The position numbers and the translations under genes were made by a program. Shown here piece by piece: positions 29,892 to 38,383 of a stretch of 64,000 nucleotides of DNA. This DNA comes from Maricaulaceae bacterium (GTDB lineage: Bacteria; Pseudomonadota; Alphaproteobacteria; Caulobacterales; Maricaulaceae). The notes under the pieces are model-generated. The model was not told the DNA's origin. It did no database searches and saw only the letters and a list, made by a program, of their open reading frames with translations. The DNA is taken from assembly GCA_039989855.1 (NCBI GenBank), contig JBDXGZ010000018.1, positions 35,415-99,414 of the forward strand, read 5' to 3'. Every line of letters starts with the position of its first letter. The stretch's first letter is position 1.

Positions 29892-30707
29892 TTATGACTT
29901 ATCTGCAGGGTCGCTCATTTTTTCGAAATTGGCATCATTTTGCCGAATGGCTGCCTCAAGACGAGCCTCAGCGTCTTGCAGGTTTTTCTTCGGGTCTTGG
30001 TAAAAGGCCGTCAATTTCATGATCTGCAAAAAGGCTTTATTGAGGAACCGTCCCCAGAATTTCATCGGGCGGTCAAAATCAAACAGCAAGATCACCCGCT
30101 CTTCGTCGGTGTCATTCCACACTTCATGCTCATAAGTATCGTCAAAGACAAAGATCTCACCCTCTTTCCATGGGGTGATAGTATCATCAACGCGGATACG
30201 GCACTTCTCGCGGTCTTTCGGGATAATCAAGCCAAGATGCGAACGAAGTATGCCTTTCGTCACGCCCTTATGCGCAGGGATATGATAGCCTGGGGCGAGG
30301 ATAGAAAACATCGCCGTTTGTAAATTCGGGACACTTTCCAAAATATCCGCCGTCTTCGGTGTCAATACCGTGTTTTTCTCAAGCCTCTGTCCAAAGCCGT
30401 AGAGCACAAAGGTCTTCCAATTCTGTTCTGTTGAGAGACGGTATTGATCGGGCGAGATTTCATGGAAGCTCGGGATCGTGTTACGAAATTTTAGCACGTC
30501 CTGCGCCTCATCGCGAATGGTTTCCCAATTATCCGTAAAGATATTTAAGAAATCAAAATGTTCATTGCTGAGCTTAGGCGTATCAGGCACTTGCGATTGA
30601 CGTGTTTGAAAGCTCGCAATTTTACGCACGAGCTTCTTGCCAGTTTTTTTCACAAAAGCCCGGCGAGGATTGTTCAGTTTTTTCGGTTTTTCAACTGCGG
30701 TGGCCAT
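29892..30707 (-). CDS. Aspartyl/asparaginyl beta-hydroxylase-family dioxygenase (LpxO/OlsC-like lipid hydroxylase candidate)
   Basis: HIPAHKGVTKGILRSHLGLIIP and FDDTYEHEVWN motifs of the Fe(II)/2-oxoglutarate Asp/Asn hydroxylase fold. Basic N-terminus. Last gene of the operon. Confidence 0.7.
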   Translation of the reverse strand: MATAVEKPKKLNNPRRAFVKKTGKKLVRKIASFQTRQSQVPDTPKLSNEHFDFLNIFTDNWETIRDEAQDVLKFRNTIPSFHEISPDQYRLSTEQNWKTFVLYGFGQRLEKNTVLTPKTADILESVPNLQTAMFSILAPGYHIPAHKGVTKGILRSHLGLIIPKDREKCRIRVDDTITPWKEGEIFVFDDTYEHEVWNDTDEERVILLFDFDRPMKFWGRFLNKAFLQIMKLTAFYQDPKKNLQDAEARLEAAIRQNDANFEKMSDPADKS

Positions 30708-30722
30708 ATCGTCTACTTTTAA

Positions 30723-32006
30723 TTAGGCTTTGGTCTTAGGGGCTTTACGCGCGCGTTTTTTGGGCGTCTTCTTTTTTAGAATCTTCGGAGCGGCAATTCG
30801 CGCTTCTACCTCGTGCATATAATCTCGCGATATCGGCAAAGCGTTAACATCTTTCGCGAGTTGGATTTGGAAATTCATATGCTTGCCGTGACGGAACGAA
30901 AATTCTGACACAATCAGGTAAAACTCCCACATGCGTGCAAATTTTTCGTCAAACATTTCAATCACAGAATCGCGGTTCGCTTGGAAGCGCTTATCCCACT
31001 CAAGCAAAGTCTCGGCATAATGAAGTCGAAGGATTTCCGTATCCGTCACCCAAAGCCCTGCCTTTTCAATTTCAGCAAAGGTCTCAGATAGAGCCGGCGA
31101 ATAACCGCCGGGGAAAATATATTTTCTAATCCAAGCGCCCGTTGTGCCCGGCCCGCCCTTGCGGCCAATAGAATGAATAAGCGCGCAACCGTCATCGGTT
31201 AAAAGCTCGCGAATCTTGGAGAAATATTCTTGGTAATGAGCAATACCCACATGTTCGAACATGCCGACGGAGACAACACGGTCAAAGGATTCTGTGAGGG
31301 TCCGGTAATCTTGCAGACGCAAATCAACTTTGTCTTCAAGGCCTAGCTCTTTAACCCGCGCTTTACCGAGGGCTAGTTGCTCGTCGGACAAAGTCACACC
31401 TATAACTTTACAGCCAAAGGTCTGCGCCAGATAAATCGCCATGCCGCCCCAACCGCACCCAATATCGAGGACGAGCATACCCTCGCCCGTTTCAGGTGTA
31501 ATATTAAGCTTGGCCGCAATATGAGCCTTCTTAAGGCGTTGCGCCTCTTCTAGGGAAATATCCAACCTCGGCCAATAGGCGCAGCTATATTGCAAATCTT
31601 CATCTAAAAAGAGGCGGTAAAAATCGTTCGACAGATCATAATGATGCTGCACATTTTTACGAGATGCGCTCTTTTTATTACGCTGATGCCAACGGCGAAT
31701 TTTCTTGAGATAGCCTTTAAGCGCCTTTTGTAACGGATGCCCGCGAAGGCCGCCTCGGTTATGGGCGAAGACCTCTAAGAGATTGCGAATACCGTCTTCG
31801 CAAATCAAGGTCCCATCCATATAGGCCTCACCCGCGCGAAGTTCGGGATTTAGAAACAGGCTTTTATAGAGCGCCTTATCGGTAATTCGAATCGTCGCTT
31901 GCGGCTGTCCGCCGGGGCCGTGAACATGCTTATTGCCGTCGACATCAATGATTGTGAGCTGCCCGACTTTTACAAATTGGGCCATCATGGAATTCAGTAA
32001 TTTCAT
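30723..32006 (-). CDS. Cyclopropane-fatty-acyl-phospholipid synthase-family SAM methyltransferase
   Basis: VLDIGCGWGGMAIYLA SAM motif, HYDLSNDFY and SVGMFEHVG, all typical of the CFA/mycolic-acid methyltransferase family. Unusual Lys-rich tail KKKTPKKRARKAPKTKA. Confidence 0.8.
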   Translation of the reverse strand: MKLLNSMMAQFVKVGQLTIIDVDGNKHVHGPGGQPQATIRITDKALYKSLFLNPELRAGEAYMDGTLICEDGIRNLLEVFAHNRGGLRGHPLQKALKGYLKKIRRWHQRNKKSASRKNVQHHYDLSNDFYRLFLDEDLQYSCAYWPRLDISLEEAQRLKKAHIAAKLNITPETGEGMLVLDIGCGWGGMAIYLAQTFGCKVIGVTLSDEQLALGKARVKELGLEDKVDLRLQDYRTLTESFDRVVSVGMFEHVGIAHYQEYFSKIRELLTDDGCALIHSIGRKGGPGTTGAWIRKYIFPGGYSPALSETFAEIEKAGLWVTDTEILRLHYAETLLEWDKRFQANRDSVIEMFDEKFARMWEFYLIVSEFSFRHGKHMNFQIQLAKDVNALPISRDYMHEVEARIAAPKILKKKTPKKRARKAPKTKA

Positions 32007-32025
32007 TCGTACAGGCTTTCTCTAT

Positions 32026-33627
32026 CTATGCGGAGAGCTTTTGCCCTAAATGATCCCCTAAACGCAAGGCCAAAGCCATAATTGTGACCGTGGGATTGGC
32101 CCACCCCCCCGTTGGGAAAACACCACTACTGGCAACATAGAGGTTTGGGCTCTCAAAAAGCTTACAATTGGCGTCAACAACGCCCGTTTGGTCGCTGTCG
32201 CCCATACGAACGCCGCCCATATGGTGATAACCACCGATAGGGTGAGCAGAGATTAGCTTATCCGTTCGCCATGTCACATTTTCGTCAGATAGCCATTTGG
32301 ACGGAATAACCTCTCCCCAACCCAGACGCTTATATTCATCCGCTAAAGTCTCCATCAGAACTCTGACGCTATGACGATCAATATCAAGAAGCTGCCAATC
32401 AAGTTGCGCGCGACGCACACCGAACGCGTCGGTCGCCTCGCCAAGCACAATACGACTATCAGGGTTCGGAGCTTGCTCCGCGCGAACAACCGCAAAGACG
32501 CCGAGTTTCTCGCCCTGCAATTTCATAGCGAGCATGGTCGATTTCGGGTCTGTCTTCTCAAGCCCTTTGATCGCAAGGCCTTTGGCGCGTTTGTAAAGCG
32601 TTCGCCAGAACTTGCTCGACGGTAGGCTATGTTTCAACCCATGAGTCAGGCGGTTGTGCATTTCCATACTCTCTCCGGCACGGCGACGCGCGGCAAAGCT
32701 AATAGACGTGTTGAGAATACCTTCTTTACGTTGAAGGTCTGGAGCGGGACGCATATAGGCGGCGTAGCGCTTACCCTCGACCCGCAGCGCGCGCGGTAGA
32801 ACCGTCAAAGCATGAGCGAGATCGTTTGGAATAATTTCACCGCCGCGCGCATGAGGGTGCTCCATAAAGAAGCGGCCTAAAATATCGTTATCATTACCTA
32901 TACCGTTTGGGCGGCTTGGCACGGCGGCCATTAAAATACGCGCCGATTCAATCGCGCCTGCGGCGACAACAAAGCAGCGGGCGACAACTCGCACTGTTTT
33001 ATCATTTAGAGCTTTAGCCGTTAAACCCGTGACCTCACCTTGTTCAGACACATCAATATCTGTGACCGTGGCGCCAAGTAATATATCGGCCACGTCTAAT
33101 CCATCGCGTGAAAGGTTGGTAAACCGTTCCCCGTTTTCATCAAACACCCATAGGTCTGTGTCGAGTTTCTTAGGATCAAATTCAGGGGCTTCGCGGTCCA
33201 CCACAGGCCAGAGACGGCCTTCTCCAGGACGCTTCAACCCAAGAGACGCAAAAGCTGCGTCGTAATAGGGATCAAGCTCTGACTTTGGAAAGGGCCAGCC
33301 ACTATGAGGGAGATAATCACGCTTTTCAAAATCAATCGGATCAAGCTCCGCACAGCGCCCGCCCCAAATCGCCGCCGTCCCGCCAAACAAGCGCAAGCGA
33401 GAGCTTTCAAGCGGGTAATAGTCTTCGCCGATATTTTCGCCCTGTGCGAGGGTTTGGATATCTTTACGAAAGTCACGCTCTCCGCTCTCAAGAATTAAAG
33501 TCTTGAGATTATAACGAGAAAGTTGTTGCGCCAACGTCTGCCCTGCTACACCGCCGCCGATAATACATATATCAACGTCGAGCTGAGATGGTAGGTCAGA
33601 ATTTAAAAGTGAAGTACGTAGAGCCAC
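32026..33627 (-). CDS. GMC-family FAD-dependent oxidoreductase
   Basis: DICIIGGGVAGQTLA dinucleotide fold. C-terminal HPIGGYHMGG...VVDANCKLFESPNLYVASSGVFPTGG GMC_oxred_C-type motif. GTG start. Confidence 0.8.
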   Translation of the reverse strand: MALRTSLLNSDLPSQLDVDICIIGGGVAGQTLAQQLSRYNLKTLILESGERDFRKDIQTLAQGENIGEDYYPLESSRLRLFGGTAAIWGGRCAELDPIDFEKRDYLPHSGWPFPKSELDPYYDAAFASLGLKRPGEGRLWPVVDREAPEFDPKKLDTDLWVFDENGERFTNLSRDGLDVADILLGATVTDIDVSEQGEVTGLTAKALNDKTVRVVARCFVVAAGAIESARILMAAVPSRPNGIGNDNDILGRFFMEHPHARGGEIIPNDLAHALTVLPRALRVEGKRYAAYMRPAPDLQRKEGILNTSISFAARRRAGESMEMHNRLTHGLKHSLPSSKFWRTLYKRAKGLAIKGLEKTDPKSTMLAMKLQGEKLGVFAVVRAEQAPNPDSRIVLGEATDAFGVRRAQLDWQLLDIDRHSVRVLMETLADEYKRLGWGEVIPSKWLSDENVTWRTDKLISAHPIGGYHHMGGVRMGDSDQTGVVDANCKLFESPNLYVASSGVFPTGGWANPTVTIMALALRLGDHLGQKLSA

Positions 33628-33650
33628 GTTATAGCCTAAACAGATAGGGT

Positions 33651-34406
33651 TTAAACTACAGAAAAGCGCTTACGCGTTTGTTCTTCTCCACCGAAAATCT
33701 CGCGGCAAACTTCATAATCTTCCGGTGTATCAAGCTCAGCCCACTGGAAGCCCTTAATCAAGGTTGTGTTAATCTCAACACCGCTTTTTGCCAACCCGTG
33801 AATAGCCGATAAATACCAACTTTTGGTTCCATCTTTCGTCCGCATTAACCGTTCTAATTCATCTGTGAAAATCTTAGGTCCATCGCCCATAAAGCGGAGC
33901 ATACCTATCGATTCACCGTTTGTCGCGTCCGCGGACAATGTCTTACCAATCGCCGTTAGCTGACGACCCTCAAGGGTAACCTTCATGTCATCGCCGTCAT
34001 AATAATCTTTTTTATCAATCGTCACAGCAATATCTGATTGCGGTGCATCCAGCACTTTGCGGATAATATTTGGGCTAAAAAGTGTGTCGCCATTTATAAT
34101 GAGGAAGTCTTGTACCATAGATTTACGTACCATCCAGCAAGAGGCTAGATTATCCGCGACTTGGTAGAAGGGATTAAACAATGTCGTAACCTCTGGGCCT
34201 TTTTGACGGCTGGCAAGTTCAGCCTCAACTAAATGCGAATTAAACCCTGTAACAATCGTCGCCGTCTTCACGCCTGCCGCATATAAAGTATCCAGCTGCA
34301 TCCCTAACACCGTCGTGAGACCGATGGGTAGAAGACATTTAGGGAGATCCGTTGTAAGGGGTAATAACCGGGACCCTCGTCCGGCACTTAGAATAATTGC
34401 GTGCAT
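33651..34406 (-). CDS. Sugar/alcohol-phosphate nucleotidyltransferase (LicC / IPCT-like)
   Basis: MHAIILSAGRGSRLLPLTTDLPKCLLPI is the G-x-G-(S/T)-R signature of the NTP_transferase fold. 251 aa. Confidence 0.75.
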   Translation of the reverse strand: MHAIILSAGRGSRLLPLTTDLPKCLLPIGLTTVLGMQLDTLYAAGVKTATIVTGFNSHLVEAELASRQKGPEVTTLFNPFYQVADNLASCWMVRKSMVQDFLIINGDTLFSPNIIRKVLDAPQSDIAVTIDKKDYYDGDDMKVTLEGRQLTAIGKTLSADATNGESIGMLRFMGDGPKIFTDELERLMRTKDGTKSWYLSAIHGLAKSGVEINTTLIKGFQWAELDTPEDYEVCREIFGGEEQTRKRFSVV

Positions 34407-34430
34407 TGTTTAACTCTCTTTTTTACAATA

Positions 34431-35129
34431 TTACCAATGACTTATGCGCCACCCTTCTTCTGACGCATGTTGTGATAGTTTCCTATCAGGATGTATGGCA
34501 ACACATACATTAGCAAGACGAAACATCGCAAGGTCAGAATAGCTATCAGAGTAAAACGTTATATTTGTGATATATTGTTTCAAAACAGGGTTTTCATCTA
34601 TTAAACTATTGAAACAATCTACTTTTTGACCGCCGTAACAATTCGGCGTATTGAAGTTTGATTTCAATATATTACAATCATCGAACCCCATTTCAGTTGA
34701 AATCACATAATCAAACTTAAGTAGCTCTCCAATAGGTTCCGCAATAACATCAACGGCGGCGCTAATCATAACAAGAATATCGCCTTGGTCGCGGTGCATT
34801 TTAACAGCCTCTAAAGCCCCTGGACGCAGTCCATTCGCAAATTCTCTTTGCGCAAATAACTGACCTTTTGAGAAAAGCTTATCCCGAGACGCGCCGGCCA
34901 TAGCCCAACACATCATCTTTCGTTTTACATCCACTCTAGGGCAGAGCCCGCGCTTATATTTCCACTGCGTCCATCCGGCCGACAACAAAAGCGGCAACCA
35001 AATATGAGGGCGAAACTTTACCCAACTCCAAACAAACCGCCCCCATGTCCCGCGCTTGGTCAGTGTGTAGTCGAGGTCAAATACGGCCAACCCTGGTGTT
35101 ACCTCATCGGTGAGACTCGCACTCATCAC
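34431..35129 (-). CDS. HAD-IB family phosphatase
   Basis: FDLDYTLT (DxDxT) motif I and SDSYSDL motif IV, with a cap-sized insertion. 4-nt overlap with the upstream gene. Confidence 0.7.
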   Translation of the reverse strand: MMSASLTDEVTPGLAVFDLDYTLTKRGTWGRFVWSWVKFRPHIWLPLLLSAGWTQWKYKRGLCPRVDVKRKMMCWAMAGASRDKLFSKGQLFAQREFANGLRPGALEAVKMHRDQGDILVMISAAVDVIAEPIGELLKFDYVISTEMGFDDCNILKSNFNTPNCYGGQKVDCFNSLIDENPVLKQYITNITFYSDSYSDLAMFRLANVCVAIHPDRKLSQHASEEGWRISHW

Positions 35130-36235
35130 TTAGAGTCCATCCATGATTGGATTTTTCCACGTCTCAAGAATCCAACACAGACCACAGCAACATTAAAGGC
35201 GATACACACCCATGTCCAAATAGCGACCGTGTAAAAGCCCCAACGGCCTGCTTCGGGCCAGATGCCCATCAACATAATAGCGATCATGAAAATAAACGTA
35301 TTCGGGTTACGGCGCGCAATGATAAACCGCAAAGCCGAATTTATTGGTCGCCACACATGGATATGAAACCCGTGTTGAGCAATAAAGATACCTTCAACAA
35401 TACGGTCAACCACATAGCCGACTAAAATCGCCACAAGCGCAAATGCCATCAGATCCGTCGTGATATTCGGCCAGACAAATACTCCACCGAGCCCGACAAA
35501 CCAGGCCCAATACCAAAAGGGTGGGTGAATGAGATCAATGCCGTGGTCATAGACATTCCCCCATTTAGAGAAAGTCATGGTCGTGCGCGCAAGTTTCCCG
35601 TCCACAGTATCTAAAAAGGTCATGAACCAACCCGTAACAAAGCCTAACGCCCACTGTCCTTGCAAAAAGAAATAAAAGGCCGCCACCGTCATAACTAGGC
35701 TCAGCGTCGTGACCATATTGGGCGTAATGCGTAAATTGGCGCAAAAGCGCGTGGCGTAAAAGGCTGGAACGGGCCAAAAGAATTTAGTTACGAAATCAGT
35801 GATACCCTTATAGGAGCCTGCAAATTGCTGCTTCATAATCACGTCAGGCGACGTGGTACGAACATCAAGCGCATACGGCGCTTCTGTTTTACGCAAGGCT
35901 TTATCATAGGAAGACACTAATTGATCGGGTCGAGCCGTGCGTAAATCCTCAGCCGCAGACGCGGGCCGTCCCAACATGTCTTTATGCCCGCCCGAAACAC
36001 CGATAATGTGACCGTCAACGATCAGCGCAACATTATCACTTTGTGCAAAGGCTTTTAGGAGATTATTGGACAAGACGAAATGTGCATCTAGAAAATGAGA
36101 CACGTCTTGACCATTTTGAGACAACGACAGACCGAATTTTTTATAGGCTCGGGCTTGCCATTCTAGCACCTCAAGCCCCCAGAGCTTCGCCGTGGGCGTC
36201 CCAACAAGATGGATATGACGTACTATGTTTGACAC
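35126..36235 (-). CDS. CDP-alcohol phosphatidyltransferase-family enzyme with ~150-aa soluble N-terminal extension
   Basis: Complete signature DTVDGKLARTTMTFSKWGNVYDHGIDLIHP (D-x2-D-G-x2-A-R-x8-G-x3-D-x3-D) inside a multi-TM C-terminal half. 369 aa, far longer than a PgsA-type enzyme. Confidence 0.8.
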   Translation of the reverse strand: MSNIVRHIHLVGTPTAKLWGLEVLEWQARAYKKFGLSLSQNGQDVSHFLDAHFVLSNNLLKAFAQSDNVALIVDGHIIGVSGGHKDMLGRPASAAEDLRTARPDQLVSSYDKALRKTEAPYALDVRTTSPDVIMKQQFAGSYKGITDFVTKFFWPVPAFYATRFCANLRITPNMVTTLSLVMTVAAFYFFLQGQWALGFVTGWFMTFLDTVDGKLARTTMTFSKWGNVYDHGIDLIHPPFWYWAWFVGLGGVFVWPNITTDLMAFALVAILVGYVVDRIVEGIFIAQHGFHIHVWRPINSALRFIIARRNPNTFIFMIAIMLMGIWPEAGRWGFYTVAIWTWVCIAFNVAVVCVGFLRRGKIQSWMDSK

Positions 36236-36236
36236 T

Positions 36237-37607
36237 TTATTCCTTAAATTTCACACGTTGCTTTAAAGTATGCTTAGCCATAATCGTGACAATAATAACT
36301 GTAAAAAGATTTCCAACGAAAACCGCCCATGCCGCAGACATAGGGCCGACGGCCTTGGCCATTGCAAACAGTGCTACCAAATAGACAATCACTCCTGCGC
36401 CCCTCGCAATAATCGCTCGTTCTGGATGATCGGCTGCAAAAAATATAGGATATAGCGGGGCGGCAGCACCCATAAGCGCTGCGGCGGGAACTAAAATCAT
36501 GGCTATAGGCACAGCAGGTTCAAACCCTTCCCTAGCAATTAAGAGCAAGATATTTTCACCAAACACAAAAAACACGCCTGACATAAAGCAGCCAAACAAA
36601 AATAAGATAGCCGCCGCACGCGTCGTTAATTTCCAAATTTTTTCCACTTTTCCTTCGGTCACCATACGCGCTAATTCTGGATATATTACCTGATCGAGGA
36701 GTTTAAACCCTTCCGAGAGAAGCTTAGCAATTTCTTCAGCGATTTTGTAAATTCCGTTCCAAACAGGGCCAAAGATAGCAAATACAAGTAAATTAGGCAG
36801 ATGCACCGTCGCGGCGCCTAAGGTCGAATCAATGTTGGATTTAATAACAAAACTCCAAAGCCCTTTGCGCTTAGGTTTAAAAAAATTGATCTTGGCTTTA
36901 AAGACTGACTTTAATAAATGTCGCCGTTTTAATTCCCGTAAGGCCATAAATGGTAAGAATATATAGGCCGCTAGAGAGCCACAGAACCACGCGAGTAAAA
37001 AGCCCTCAAAGCCCGCATTTGTTACCACGGCTGTCACCGCCCCGATAAAGCGCACAACTGGCATGACGACCGCTTTAACGGCAAGAACATTAAATTGATC
37101 AAATAAACGGAAAACGCCAATAGACGCACCGCGTTGCCTCAGCAGCACCAATATACAATAAAGCGCCGCGTAATTTCGAACATCTTCTAAAGTAAACTTT
37201 TCACCTAAATTTATTCCATCGCCATAATTTTGCCCCATCCAGACTGAAAAGCTGAACAATGCGATCGCTAAAACATACGCAAAAACCGCAGAAATAGCAT
37301 CCAGCTTAATCCCAAAATTAATCAACTTACTCAGCTTAGAGCTATCTTTATTGTGCAGATCATCAGTTCCGTAACGAATAATCGCTTGCCAAGATTGAAA
37401 GGCCGTCACTTCTGAAAAAAATGACATATAACCATGAAGGAAAACCAGAACGCCAAACTCAGTTGGGGTCAGAAACTTTGTCCCCAAACTGAAGCTACCT
37501 AAGCCGACGATCACCCCTAAAAACTTCGACCCCACCATAAGGCCGCCGTTCTTTGCGATACGTTTTTGCCGAGAGTGTTTAGAATTCACCGATAGATCAG
37601 GGCTCAT
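36237..37607 (-). CDS. MOP/Wzx-type polytopic flippase-like membrane protein
   Basis: 456 aa with ~12-14 hydrophobic helices and the polysaccharide-biosynthesis (Polysacc_synt) type of layout. 1-nt gap and 4-nt overlap with its neighbours. Confidence 0.65.
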   Translation of the reverse strand: MSPDLSVNSKHSRQKRIAKNGGLMVGSKFLGVIVGLGSFSLGTKFLTPTEFGVLVFLHGYMSFFSEVTAFQSWQAIIRYGTDDLHNKDSSKLSKLINFGIKLDAISAVFAYVLAIALFSFSVWMGQNYGDGINLGEKFTLEDVRNYAALYCILVLLRQRGASIGVFRLFDQFNVLAVKAVVMPVVRFIGAVTAVVTNAGFEGFLLAWFCGSLAAYIFLPFMALRELKRRHLLKSVFKAKINFFKPKRKGLWSFVIKSNIDSTLGAATVHLPNLLVFAIFGPVWNGIYKIAEEIAKLLSEGFKLLDQVIYPELARMVTEGKVEKIWKLTTRAAAILFLFGCFMSGVFFVFGENILLLIAREGFEPAVPIAMILVPAAALMGAAAPLYPIFFAADHPERAIIARGAGVIVYLVALFAMAKAVGPMSAAWAVFVGNLFTVIIVTIMAKHTLKQRVKFKE

Positions 37608-38383
37608 GACGTCTCTCGCTTTATTGACCGCTCTGCCTCTTTGATCAGTATCTGCTCAACCAATATACGGTCCGAGGGCTTATCGACATCAATCGCGGCT
37701 TCAGGGACCGACATCAGTACAGGGGCCGCTGTAATGCCGAGAGTTTTGGACGCATAAGCCAAGGCTCCGTCCAAGGTTAACTTACCACGCCAATAGCGCC
37801 AAAATAGCGGCAAGCTAATTTTACGCGCTAATTTTAAAGGCTGCTTTCTAAAATGCTGTGCGTCTTTCCAAAATTCAATCGCGGCAAGGCCTCGCTCATT
37901 AGCAATGTAAAAAAGATTGCATCCCGAAACGGCATGGTCAGCAAAGCGTAAATAGGTCCGCTTTACATGCGGGTATGCCGGGTGGATAATCGTCTCTTCG
38001 GCCAGACCGAGACAAAAATCAGCATCCGTAGCTTGGGATTTTTCGATAAATTCTCTAATCATATCCGCCGTTAAAAGCGGATGGTCGGCGGTGGTCATTA
38101 GCACGGGAAATGACATGCCGTGGCTCAAGGCGGCGAGCGCACTACCAGCAGGGCCGGCCTCAGACGGAGCTTGCGTCAACCGCTTATCAACACTGGCGGG
38201 GCAACCGCTAATATGAAACGGCTCCTTTAGAGCCGCCGCATCCAACGCATCCACAACATAACTCAACATAGGACGCCCCAAAATTGGGACTAACGCTTTT
38301 CGCGGCTCACCTGTATCAGCGCAAAGCGGGTCGACAACACCCTCACGTTGTCCTGCCAATATAAGAACATTAACGGATGTCAC
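37604..38383 (-). CDS. MobA-like (NTP_transf_3) nucleotidyltransferase-family protein
   Basis: VLILAGQREG...ALVPILGRPML N-terminal nucleotide-binding loop and MTTADHPLL. 259 aa. Confidence 0.6.
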   Translation of the reverse strand: MTSVNVLILAGQREGVVDPLCADTGEPRKALVPILGRPMLSYVVDALDAAALKEPFHISGCPASVDKRLTQAPSEAGPAGSALAALSHGMSFPVLMTTADHPLLTADMIREFIEKSQATDADFCLGLAEETIIHPAYPHVKRTYLRFADHAVSGCNLFYIANERGLAAIEFWKDAQHFRKQPLKLARKISLPLFWRYWRGKLTLDGALAYASKTLGITAAPVLMSVPEAAIDVDKPSDRILVEQILIKEAERSIKRETS

